Source: a virus
Taxonomy: Duplodnaviria > Heunggongvirae > Uroviricota > Caudoviricetes
IMG/VR virus record: IMGVR_UViG_2563366960_000010
Strand: one strand, 5' to 3'
Length of the DNA stretch: 41,090 nucleotides
In this document: positions 1 through 8,114 of the stretch, one piece after another
Position numbering within the stretch: the stretch's first letter is position 1
Layout of the letters: the number at the start of each line of letters is the position of its first letter
The notes under the pieces: model-generated
What the model was told of the DNA's origin: nothing
Database searches by the model: none
What the model saw: only the letters and a program-made list of their open reading frames with translations
Translations under genes and position numbers: made by a program

Positions 1-516
1 ATGAAATTTAAAAAATGTCTTCTGCCTGTGGCAATGTTAGCGTCATTCACTCTGGCAGGATGCCAGTCAAATGCTGATGATCATGCCGCCGATGTTTATC
101 AAACCGATCAACTGAATACCAAACAAGAAACTAAAACCGTTAATATTATTTCCATTCTTCCCGCAAAAGTTGCCGTAGACAACTCCCAAAATAAACGGAA
201 CGCACAAGCCTTCGGCGCGCTTATTGGTGCAGTCGCTGGCGGTGTAATCGGCCACAACGTGGGGTCTGGCAGCAATTCCGGAACGACGGCAGGTGCAGTT
301 GGCGGCGGAGCTGTTGGCGCGGCAGCGGGTTCTATGGTGAATGATAAAACCTTAGTGGAAGGTGTTTCTTTAACGTATAAGGAAGGCACCAAAGTGTATA
401 CCTCCACCCAGGTGGGTAAAGAGTGCCAGTTTACGACAGGTTTAGCCGTTGTTATTACCACGACGTATAACGAAACGCGTATTCAGCCAAATACGAAATG
501 TCCTGAAAAGAGCTAA
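1..516 (+). CDS. yfgH: Outer-membrane lipoprotein, glycine-zipper (SlyB/PCP-like); probable host flank gene
   Basis: 171-aa ORF with lipoprotein signal peptide and lipobox LAGC, then Gly/Ala-rich glycine-zipper core. Symbol is from remembered yfgH-yfgI-guaA synteny and length match, not a search. Confidence 0.55.
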   Translation: MKFKKCLLPVAMLASFTLAGCQSNADDHAADVYQTDQLNTKQETKTVNIISILPAKVAVDNSQNKRNAQAFGALIGAVAGGVIGHNVGSGSNSGTTAGAVGGGAVGAAAGSMVNDKTLVEGVSLTYKEGTKVYTSTQVGKECQFTTGLAVVITTTYNETRIQPNTKCPEKS

Positions 517-531
517 TGATCAGGAGGAGTC

Positions 532-1071
532 ATGAAGAAAGTTTTTCTTTGCGCCATCTTAGCCTCCTTAAGCTATCCGGCTATCGCCTCATCATTGCAG
601 GATCAACTCTCGGCTGTCGCAGAAGCGGAACAGCAAGGTAAAAATGAAGAGCAAAGGCAGCATGACGAATGGGTCGCGGAGCGCAACAGGGAAATCCAGC
701 AAGAGAAGCAACGTCGCGCAAACGCCCAGGCCGCGGCTAATAAAAGAGCGGCAACGGCAGCGGCGAATAAGAAAGCTCGTCAGGATAAACTGGACGCCGA
801 AGCCACTGCGGACAAAAAACGCGATCAAAGTTATGAAGATGAGCTACGCAGCTTAGAGATTCAGAAACAAAAACTGGCGCTGGCGAAAGAAGAAGCCCGC
901 GTCAAGCGCGAAAACGAATTTATCGATCAGGAACTGAAGCACAAAGCTGCGCAAACCGATGTGGTGCAATCTGAAGCTGACGCAAACAGAAATATGACTG
1001 AAGGCGGTCGCGATCTGATGAAAAGCGTGGGCAAAGCAGAAGAGAACAAATCGGACAGCTGGTTTAACTAA
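532..1071 (+). CDS. yfgI: Secreted coiled-coil protein of unknown function; probable host flank gene
   Basis: 179-aa ORF with SD-like GGAGGAG upstream, signal peptide, charged K/E/Q/A-rich helical body. Symbol from remembered synteny and length only. Confidence 0.5.
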   Translation: MKKVFLCAILASLSYPAIASSLQDQLSAVAEAEQQGKNEEQRQHDEWVAERNREIQQEKQRRANAQAAANKRAATAAANKKARQDKLDAEATADKKRDQSYEDELRSLEIQKQKLALAKEEARVKRENEFIDQELKHKAAQTDVVQSEADANRNMTEGGRDLMKSVGKAEENKSDSWFN

Positions 1072-1109
1072 GCGATGTCAGTAACTTCAAGCCTATGATT
1101 CGTGAGTAT

Positions 1110-1142
1110 AAAAAACCCTCTGTAGTAACAGAGGGTTTTGTT
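1110..1142. terminator. Rho-independent terminator, apparently bidirectional, between flank genes and the lysis cassette
   Basis: A-run, stem CCCTCTG / CAGAGGG with 6-nt loop, then TTTTGTT; lies between convergent genes ending at 1071 and 1290. Confidence 0.6.
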
Positions 1143-1289
1143 CATTCATAGTGCAGGGTTCAAATCATTCCCACTCAATTATTTACGATAACCATAACCA
1201 ATTGAGTGATAACATTTTTCCAAATCTCAATTTTTCCCGTACCGTTTTATATACCGTCACCGGAAATCAGTACCATGAAAAATGCCATG

Positions 1290-1772
1290 CTATCTGGTCA
1301 AAGTGTCGTACTGTTTTTCGCAGACTCTTCCGGCTTCGGCTGCCCGGTCAGCATACTCTGCCAGTTGTCTGTTTCTCTCGAGAGATTTGCTGAGCACGTC
1401 GGCAAGCAAAACTCCGGTGTCTGCGGCTGACGACCCAGCGCCGACAATGGCGTTATACTGCCTGAGCTGCTCACGGATGGCAAAGAGTTGTTGCTGCAAC
1501 CGGCCAGCGCTAGCGGCAGCATCAAGAGCATCATTGCGCGCCTGGTCGATCCTCTGCTGAGCTTCACGTTCATTGGTCACTTTCTCCTGTTCGTAGTACT
1601 GACGAACTTTGTCTTCTTCGGCTTTGCGGTCTTCTTCCGCCTGAGCATACCCGGCATCGTACTGGCGACTGCCGTGTATATTCCAGGCAACCACTCCTGA
1701 TATGACCAGAACAGCAAGCACTGCCACGATAAGAAACTGTTTCCAGTATGCTTTTACGAATGCCCAGATCAT
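1290..1772 (-). CDS. Rz: i-spanin Rz
   Basis: 160 aa, N-terminal TM helix then charged coiled-coil; start overlaps endolysin stop by 4 nt; last gene of lysis cassette. Confidence 0.75.
   Translation of the reverse strand: MIWAFVKAYWKQFLIVAVLAVLVISGVVAWNIHGSRQYDAGYAQAEEDRKAEEDKVRQYYEQEKVTNEREAQQRIDQARNDALDAAASAGRLQQQLFAIREQLRQYNAIVGAGSSAADTGVLLADVLSKSLERNRQLAEYADRAAEAGRVCEKQYDTLTR
1298..1534 (-). CDS. Rz1: o-spanin Rz1 lipoprotein embedded in the +1 frame of Rz
   Basis: Embedded ORF with signal peptide [13 protein letters not shown] (lipobox LAGC) and Pro/Ser-rich mature part; exact start (1534 or 1531) uncertain. Confidence 0.6.
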   Translation of the reverse strand: MMLLMLPLALAGCSNNSLPSVSSSGSITPLSALGRQPQTPEFCLPTCSANLSRETDNWQSMLTGQPKPEESAKNSTTL

Positions 1773-2398
1773 ACCGCCAGCACCTTACTGGCAGTGATGT
1801 ACCGCGCTCGCCGGTCGTCGATGCCGTTCCGGCCACCATTGATAATCAGAGTTACACGTGCAATATCGCCGGTATACTTCATGCATCCTTTGCTGGCGAA
1901 GAACCACGCCGCGCTACGAGCCGCATATTCGTCCTGCGCCAGCAGTTCAGGGCTCTCCAGCAGGTCAACCTTCAGACCGTTTCCGCAATCACGATAGTTA
2001 TTCAAACCGGTAATCTGGATAAGTCCGCGCCCTCGGTAATTCCAGCCATCACCAGGGGCATTGTTCCCCATGCGTTTGCTGTATACCATATTTGCGATCG
2101 CGCGCTGGCGCTCAAGTGGCAATGGTGGTTCACCAGCACGGCGCCCCAGTGCATTAGCCTGCCCCTGAGTGAGACGCCCAGCCCGAACGAAGTTAGCCAG
2201 TCCGCTGACACTGTAGTTGAAATTCTCCTGCAACCTGGTGAAGCCCCCAGACTCATGCCCGACTTGAGCAATAAACATTGCCTGATCTTCTGCTTTGCTG
2301 ATACCAAACTCTTTCATCGCAGAAGTTATATGCGAGAACCAGCGTGCGGCCAGTGCCTCGCTGATACCAGCAGCTCGCTGGAATTGTTTAATCTCCAT
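1769..2398 (-). CDS. Endolysin, glycoside hydrolase family 19 (chitinase class I-like)
   Basis: Starts at MEIKQF (ATG 2398) inside a longer ORF; motif [12 protein letters not shown] and [12 protein letters not shown] typical of GH19 phage endolysins. Confidence 0.85.
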   Translation of the reverse strand: MEIKQFQRAAGISEALAARWFSHITSAMKEFGISKAEDQAMFIAQVGHESGGFTRLQENFNYSVSGLANFVRAGRLTQGQANALGRRAGEPPLPLERQRAIANMVYSKRMGNNAPGDGWNYRGRGLIQITGLNNYRDCGNGLKVDLLESPELLAQDEYAARSAAWFFASKGCMKYTGDIARVTLIINGGRNGIDDRRARYITASKVLAV

Positions 2399-2696
2399 GT
2401 TTAGACCTCGATACTTTAAAAATTTGAACGACGTTACCGCGCGTTTTAATAACCGCAGCCAGCATGACAGCGTTGATAATGACCTCAGATAAATCCACAG
2501 CCATTGGCGTACGTAACCAGATTGCATAGGCGACTCGAACAGGAATACTGGCCGCAGCAACAATCAGGAAATAAGCAAGCCATCCTCCCCACCTTCGATG
2601 TTGAGAGCCGTTACGCCGGAATGTGACAACGCGAATTGCTATGCCAGTGCAAATAACTGCATTGGTGATAAGCAAAAAAAACTCATGCGTTACCAT
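2388..2696 (-). CDS. Small two-TM membrane protein in lysis cassette (holin/antiholin-like)
   Basis: 102 aa, two hydrophobic helices, SD GGGGAGAAAAG upstream, overlaps holin end and endolysin start. Confidence 0.5.
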   Translation of the reverse strand: MVTHEFFLLITNAVICTGIAIRVVTFRRNGSQHRRWGGWLAYFLIVAAASIPVRVAYAIWLRTPMAVDLSEVIINAVMLAAVIKTRGNVVQIFKVSRSKHGD

Positions 2697-3087
2697 CGTC
2701 TTTTCTCCCCGGAATTAACTCGCGTGGATTATCGGAACGGTGATAGAGCCATATACCAATACGCACAGCGACAATTGCTGACACGAATGCGCCTGCAGAG
2801 AAAACAATCCCTTTTTCAAAAGAGTCCTGCGTGATGGTAGGGATCAGGCTGGCTATGCCGATAAGAATTGATGCTGCTGGTTTGTAAAAGAGAAGGCCGC
2901 AAAGAAAGCTGAGCATCGACAGGAGCACCCGGCGACGGATGGGGTACTCTACTGCAGAGGTAACAAAAATTACCGCCCCAGCCAAAGCCCCTAAAGCAAC
3001 CTCCGGAGGGGCACCTGCAATAACCGCAGCAAGAGAACTAAAACTAAGCAACTGATTTAATTGCTCACTTGTTACTTGAGCAGACAT
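2683..3087 (-). CDS. Holin
   Basis: 134 aa with multiple TM segments and charged C-terminus, strong SD AGGAGA, first gene of lysis cassette. Confidence 0.65.
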   Translation of the reverse strand: MSAQVTSEQLNQLLSFSSLAAVIAGAPPEVALGALAGAVIFVTSAVEYPIRRRVLLSMLSFLCGLLFYKPAASILIGIASLIPTITQDSFEKGIVFSAGAFVSAIVAVRIGIWLYHRSDNPRELIPGRKDDGNA

Positions 3088-3368
3088 ACTTTCTCCTGTT
3101 TACTATCTATAAGCCAGTCAATTATTGATGACTAAACCCGCATAGTAAACCATATATGAATCATTATTGTTCCATATCATATATCTCAATAAAAGTACTA
3201 ATGATTTTACAGAACGAGCCAGCAGAGTGGGGGCAGTTGTACAGGAACCATAGACTTAATTTTGTATTTAATAATGCTATGGTGTAATAAACCTGAACAT
3301 GTATTTAAAATACGTACTGATTCATGATAGAATTCAAAGATAACTTTTCACAAACTCCGTTTTTGATA

Positions 3369-3395
3369 CCCGCAAAATATTGCGGGCTTTTTTTT
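3369..3395 (+). terminator. Plus-strand intrinsic terminator abutting the tailspike stop codon
   Basis: Stem CCCGCA / TGCGGG with 6-nt loop followed by T8 on the plus strand; on the minus strand the hairpin is not followed by a U-run. Confidence 0.5.
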
Positions 3396-6300
3396 AACGT
3401 TCTTCCAGAGACTGAATCCGCTCTTTTATCTTATCCATTTCTCTGCGCTGCCATGCTGCCTCGATATAGAATAAGAGATCAGGTCTGACCCCCCATCTAG
3501 ATCCTGCTGGCGTTATTTCAACGCGCTCAATGATGTCTTCCATTACCATCACTGGATTATCATCCTCATCAACAATGATGCTCCCGTCATTATCAGTCAG
3601 CGGCATTTCCCTTTGGCCAGTAATGACGTCATCATATACTGCGGGATAATCGTCATAGCAAAGAAAGGCATAGCGGCATGTTGTGCTTTCTTCTTCCATG
3701 AGTCCGTGAGAAATAAGAACATCACGAAGTTGCTGCGCGATTACACCATGATGTATCCTCGCCCCTTCTTCCCCCTTTATAGCGACAGCGTTCAGCCATT
3801 TATAAGCGATATACCTGACGTCACCCCAGGCATCCAGCAATGCTTCGTCAGGAGAGACCGGCTCTGTCTTTAATGTTCCGTCACTGGTAACCACAGGATT
3901 GGAGCCAAGATAAACTGTCGAGAACCTGTTTCCCGGACCACCAAGAGCATTTACATTATCAAGATAAGGTTTAACATCTCCGTTCTCAAAAAGATGTTCG
4001 AGTGCGTTATATACCGCGCGACGTGGAGTACTGCTTCCGGAACCATGCAACGTTATCATTGCACCATCTGCTGAAGACGTTGTTTCACCGCCGCTAACGA
4101 TTAATCTCTGAGCGGTAACATCATCAGACGGTACTTTCTTCGCAATAATGGCGTAATTACCCTCAAGTTTGACTTCCGCGCGAACTTGTCCTGATGTACC
4201 TGCATGGACAGTCAGTGACTGGACGGCAACATCATCTGTGAAATCAACGGGTACAGGAACCGTCCTCACGCCTGACGTCGACATAAAAGTAGGAAGCGTT
4301 CTGTTAGGAGTGGCTCCGTAGACAAAATCCCTTGAAACAAATTCTTCCTGTTTAATTTTCACCCTGAAACAATACAAATCAGCCGGGTGACCATCGTGAA
4401 CATAAGGATATTTTCTGTTGTTATCCCCTATGCTCCATGGGTTTAGAAAGTCTTCCCCACCGAAAATGTAGTACAGCCAGTTGTCTTTGATACAAACTGA
4501 ACCAACACCAACTGCAGAGTTAACTATTCCGCCCTGATAAATCTGATCAGTAACATTAACCCACTCTACATTATCCAGACTCCACTCATTGACGTTAACT
4601 CTGGTCATAAATGTTCTTGGATAATTTCCTGCATAACGGTTATCAGGTTCTCCTCCTTCCCACTCACCAAATGCGCGCTCACTGCCAAAAATAATCAGCT
4701 CATCGCCAACTTTGGCAAAAGGAAGGTTTGAGTGATGAACATTATTTGGGAAGCGAAGAGAATTCCATGATGTACCTAAATCAGAGCTTCTGTGCAATGA
4801 ACTACCGGGTTGAGTACTTAATGTCCCCCTGGTCGTCAGATACAGAATGCCATCATAATATTTTACACATGGCTCAGATGCATTCGCCTCATATTCTGCA
4901 GGTATGCGTCTGCGAACAAAGCTACCAGGAGAACCGAAAGCATCAGAGAAATAGAGTATCCCAAGCTCGCGTGGACCAATATCACCATTATGGTAGCCAA
5001 CAGCAAAACTGTTATCGCTAATCGTCGCAAAACTGTGAATCTCAGTAACAGGAGTGCTTCCGTCAACAAAAGAAGGAATAGTTCCAAGACTGGTTTTTCT
5101 CCATGGTGACGAGTGAAATGATGTACCAAAACTCCAGTATCTACCCTCGTTATTCTGATCCACATCCTGGGTATTTTGCGTCGTAACTGTAAAAGTATTT
5201 TTATCAATAACAGTAGTCACCGTCATATTCCCGGTAACACCTGTAACACCAGAGTTTGAGAAGTTGACAAAATCACCAGCAAATAATCCGTGATCAGTAA
5301 TGCGAATATAAGCGACTTGCTGATTTGCTGCTTTCGTTATACCACCATAAGCGCGAAGGCTGCGACTCATTGGGCGATCCCACAACTCTGCAACCTGCAG
5401 TTTATTTCCGCTCACGGTCCGCGTCTCAATTACAGCAAAAAGGCGATTTCTGACAACCCCCATACTCATGCAGTGATAGTTAACTGTGGGATAGTTTTCA
5501 TGTAAATCTGTAAGCCATTCCGGCGTTGTCCAGGTCTTCCCGTCATCTCCTGAGCGAACCCATGCAACATGGAGGTTATTTACACCATGGCGGTCTCCAG
5601 CCATAAAAGGCGCATAGATGACATTGTCATATACAAACGTTTTATCCTGCGTCCAGGCGTTGTACCACGGTGTATCTGTAATTTTAAATAACTCTCCCTG
5701 GATAAAATCTTCAGAAGCATAAAAAAGAGGCTGGCCCGGTATTCTCTCAAATAAAAAACGAGCATTTTTAAATCGACTGACATCCGGAAGAGTTGATACT
5801 TTAAAAGTAAGCCCTAATCCGTCAATTTTATAACCTGGAGATGAGGCTTCAAGGCACGCGCTTATTGCAGTGGAATCGTCATTTATACCATCACCAACAG
5901 CTCCAAAATCTTTGGGGCTAATAGCATCACGCATTTTATCCTGGAACGTTCGGTACACAGCCCCAGAACCATACTGAATAAACCAACCAAAACCACCAAC
6001 AACCCCGGCGATTGCAGCATCGACATAATTACGCATTGAGCGATTATTTACAGCGTCCTGCTCAAATGATGGATCTGCAAGGTTAGAAATTTTGTTTTGC
6101 TTTGCATCGTAATATTTTGCAAGCAAAGATGGTTTCATCAATGCACGTCTGAACCACCCAAAACATTGCTGGATCAGCATCGTCAGGTAGTCAAAGGCAT
6201 CTTCATGCACTTCGGGGAAAAATTTTCCCTGATTGCGAAGGTCTGTCTCCTGCACTACATCAAGCACACGATCTATCGTAATTCGCCATCCAGTAGCAAG

Positions 6301-6513
6301 CGGAGACGGAAGAACCACAGAACCGCCACTATAAGTGCCCGCCCCAGTTACCGTATAACCGGTATCCAGAACCAATTCTGTTACGTTTCCGTTCAGGTCA
6401 GACACCTGAACAACCAGGTCTGATTTTCTGAAAATTCGAAAAGTATACGGAAACGATGTCGTAACGCCGTTACCGGTGTATTCGTTGTGGTCAACTTCGG
6501 TTGAGACCGTCAT
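3394..6513 (-). CDS. Tailspike: endosialidase with T7 gp17-like N-terminal adaptor and C-terminal intramolecular chaperone domain
   Basis: 1039 aa. N-terminus resembles T7 tail-fibre adaptor; sialidase-type FERIP motif; two Asp-boxes (SGDDGKTW, SSDLGTSW); C-terminus resembles the self-cleaving chaperone domain of K1F-type endosialidases. Confidence 0.8.
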   Translation of the reverse strand: MTVSTEVDHNEYTGNGVTTSFPYTFRIFRKSDLVVQVSDLNGNVTELVLDTGYTVTGAGTYSGGSVVLPSPLATGWRITIDRVLDVVQETDLRNQGKFFPEVHEDAFDYLTMLIQQCFGWFRRALMKPSLLAKYYDAKQNKISNLADPSFEQDAVNNRSMRNYVDAAIAGVVGGFGWFIQYGSGAVYRTFQDKMRDAISPKDFGAVGDGINDDSTAISACLEASSPGYKIDGLGLTFKVSTLPDVSRFKNARFLFERIPGQPLFYASEDFIQGELFKITDTPWYNAWTQDKTFVYDNVIYAPFMAGDRHGVNNLHVAWVRSGDDGKTWTTPEWLTDLHENYPTVNYHCMSMGVVRNRLFAVIETRTVSGNKLQVAELWDRPMSRSLRAYGGITKAANQQVAYIRITDHGLFAGDFVNFSNSGVTGVTGNMTVTTVIDKNTFTVTTQNTQDVDQNNEGRYWSFGTSFHSSPWRKTSLGTIPSFVDGSTPVTEIHSFATISDNSFAVGYHNGDIGPRELGILYFSDAFGSPGSFVRRRIPAEYEANASEPCVKYYDGILYLTTRGTLSTQPGSSLHRSSDLGTSWNSLRFPNNVHHSNLPFAKVGDELIIFGSERAFGEWEGGEPDNRYAGNYPRTFMTRVNVNEWSLDNVEWVNVTDQIYQGGIVNSAVGVGSVCIKDNWLYYIFGGEDFLNPWSIGDNNRKYPYVHDGHPADLYCFRVKIKQEEFVSRDFVYGATPNRTLPTFMSTSGVRTVPVPVDFTDDVAVQSLTVHAGTSGQVRAEVKLEGNYAIIAKKVPSDDVTAQRLIVSGGETTSSADGAMITLHGSGSSTPRRAVYNALEHLFENGDVKPYLDNVNALGGPGNRFSTVYLGSNPVVTSDGTLKTEPVSPDEALLDAWGDVRYIAYKWLNAVAIKGEEGARIHHGVIAQQLRDVLISHGLMEEESTTCRYAFLCYDDYPAVYDDVITGQREMPLTDNDGSIIVDEDDNPVMVMEDIIERVEITPAGSRWGVRPDLLFYIEAAWQRREMDKIKERIQSLEER

Positions 6514-6617
6514 GTTAAATCTCCAGATAGTCGCAGCACCCGTTGCGCCGCATATCTGGTTATTCTATTACCTGGAAAACCACATATGGATAGAAAGGCT
6601 GTAAATACGAATAGATA

Positions 6618-6632
6618 TTACCTTTCAGGTAA
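6618..6632. promoter_or_regulatory. Operator-like 15-bp palindrome TTACCT-N3-AGGTAA
   Basis: Perfect inverted repeat TTACCTTTCAGGTAA upstream of the LexA box and the small antirepressor-like gene. Confidence 0.55.
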
Positions 6633-6669
6633 TTTGCAAAACGTGCTGGATAGCAAACAAATTATTTGA

Positions 6670-6689
6670 TACTGTATAAATATACAGTT
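6670..6689. promoter_or_regulatory. LexA (SOS) box
   Basis: TACTGTATAAATATACAGTT is a near-perfect match to the CTGT-N8-ACAG consensus, 20 nt upstream of the ATG at 6709. Confidence 0.7.
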
Positions 6690-6708
6690 ATTGCATGGAG
6701 AAGATAAG

Positions 6709-6966
6709 ATGCAGCAGTATCACTATCCACTGGAAGACGGATTTACCGAAAGGATTCACACGCCGGGAGGCGTCAGGTCACTGGTGGAGGGATCGCACTT
6801 GATGAAATTACTCCGGGATCTCGATAAGGATGGATTTAATGTCGATGGCCCACTTGCCGAACTGACTGCACTGATTAACTACGTCACCAGCTCACAGATG
6901 TCTATGCAGGATCTGCAAACACATCTCGACTATTGTGCCGAACAATTACGAAAACAAACCCGGTAA
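6709..6966 (+). CDS. Small protein homologous to the C-terminal domain of the antirepressor at 8115-8825; candidate SOS-controlled antirepressor or modulator
   Basis: 85 aa from ATG 6709 with SD GGAG. By eye about 40% identical to the last ~80 aa of the Ant ORF (shared IH.P.GV, LM.LL, DG..V.G..AEL, QTH). Confidence 0.6.
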   Translation: MQQYHYPLEDGFTERIHTPGGVRSLVEGSHLMKLLRDLDKDGFNVDGPLAELTALINYVTSSQMSMQDLQTHLDYCAEQLRKQTR

Positions 6967-6988
6967 ATTTAAAGGCCGCAAGAGCGGC

Positions 6989-7717
6989 CTATCGTTTCGC
7001 TTTGTGCTCGTCCCAGCACGTTTTGCACCATGCCATTAAGCCGTCCGCATTTTGATTATTAGGGTAAAAGCTGGTCCGTTTTCTGCGGACATTACAAATT
7101 GGGCACCACTTCATATGGCGTGTATTCTTTGGGCCATCGAGACACCTTGCACACCACTTAGTCAATCCATCTGGATTTTTTGACGATTTCCGGAATTTGT
7201 CATATGGAAGGTTTATTCTGCATCGCAAACACTGCTTGCGGCCACTTGAAACTCTGTTAGCTGATTCTTCTTTTGGCGGCGATACAGAAGGTATTCTTGC
7301 TGGCTCTGATACTGCCTGAGGTGCTTTTTTAGATGACTGAGACGATATGTCATCACCAGGGAATCTTCCATGATATGCCGGACGCATTGATACTCCAGGT
7401 GGAAGCTCAGCTGTAAACGGCTTTGGCTGAATCAGTTGCCTCTCTTTTGCTAACTCCTGCTGTTTACAATATGTCTGGATTACCGCACTATCATAAGCAG
7501 GAGGTGCGGAAATATTAGGCGCATTACCTCCAGTTTTTTGAAACTGAGTAGAGGTGTGTTCTATCACCTGTGTACGATTAATCGTTATCTCCCCATCTTC
7601 GGTCTTTATCGTTTTGTTATGATTAACGACCGTACGATCAGAGATCTTAGTCTTGTTCTGGTTGATAACGTAAATAATCACCGCAACCACACCAACAACT
7701 ATCCAGAAAACTTCCAT
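6989..7717 (-). CDS. Membrane-anchored protein with tandem CxxC zinc-ribbon repeats; candidate superinfection-exclusion factor
   Basis: 242 aa; N-terminal TM helix, Pro/Ser-rich linker, C-terminal twofold repeat C-x2-C ... DGL..WC-x2-C; SD GAGGA upstream; operator palindrome just upstream. Confidence 0.55.
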   Translation of the reverse strand: MEVFWIVVGVVAVIIYVINQNKTKISDRTVVNHNKTIKTEDGEITINRTQVIEHTSTQFQKTGGNAPNISAPPAYDSAVIQTYCKQQELAKERQLIQPKPFTAELPPGVSMRPAYHGRFPGDDISSQSSKKAPQAVSEPARIPSVSPPKEESANRVSSGRKQCLRCRINLPYDKFRKSSKNPDGLTKWCARCLDGPKNTRHMKWCPICNVRRKRTSFYPNNQNADGLMAWCKTCWDEHKAKR

Positions 7718-7737
7718 TGCTTTTCCTCACAATAACA

Positions 7738-7752
7738 TTACCTTAAAGGTAA
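7738..7752. promoter_or_regulatory. Operator-like palindrome TTACCTTAAAGGTAA
   Basis: Perfect 15-bp inverted repeat 21 nt upstream of the minus-strand start at 7717. Confidence 0.55.
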
Positions 7753-7830
7753 TATCTTGCTTTCAGGTGATCAAGCGTTAAACGCCACCAACCAAATACG
7801 GTTGATTTTGATATTTCTCCGCGTTTATCA

Positions 7831-7845
7831 TTACCTTTGCGGTAA
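7831..7845. promoter_or_regulatory. Operator-like palindrome TTACCTTTGCGGTAA (one mismatch)
   Basis: Near-perfect copy preceded by candidate -35/-10 elements (TTGATT ... TATCAT); upstream of the structured leader before ant. Confidence 0.5.
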
Positions 7846-7935
7846 ATTTACATCGCACTCCTCTTGTGCCATAGTAATCGGGCACTGGCAAAATCCAGTG
7901 CCGGGATTGGCGTCCCGGGTTACTAAGTGGCGCAT

Positions 7936-7959
7936 ACCACGCCAGACGTGGTTTTTTTA
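7936..7959 (+). terminator. Intrinsic terminator inside the leader upstream of the antirepressor gene
   Basis: Stem ACCACG / CGTGGT with 5-nt loop followed by T7; preceded by a strong hairpin GGCACTGG / CCAGTGCC at 7881-7902. Confidence 0.6.
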
Positions 7960-8114
7960 TGCGTTAAGCACAGCTATATCCGAATTATGGTGGGCTGGGC
8001 AGGGGTCCGAAAGGACGCCGGTACCACTTAGGCCGGTACGCCAACCTTGTCCAGTTCACCACCAGTAATTGGCGTTGCGGTGGTGATTAAAATCACTAAG
8101 TGGAGATAACCACC

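Noticed and set aside
1151-1560. Plus-strand ORFs 1151-1393, 1206-1430, 1282-1560 near the left junction
   Set aside because: They overlap Rz/Rz1 on the opposite strand or lie in the junction region without SD sequences.
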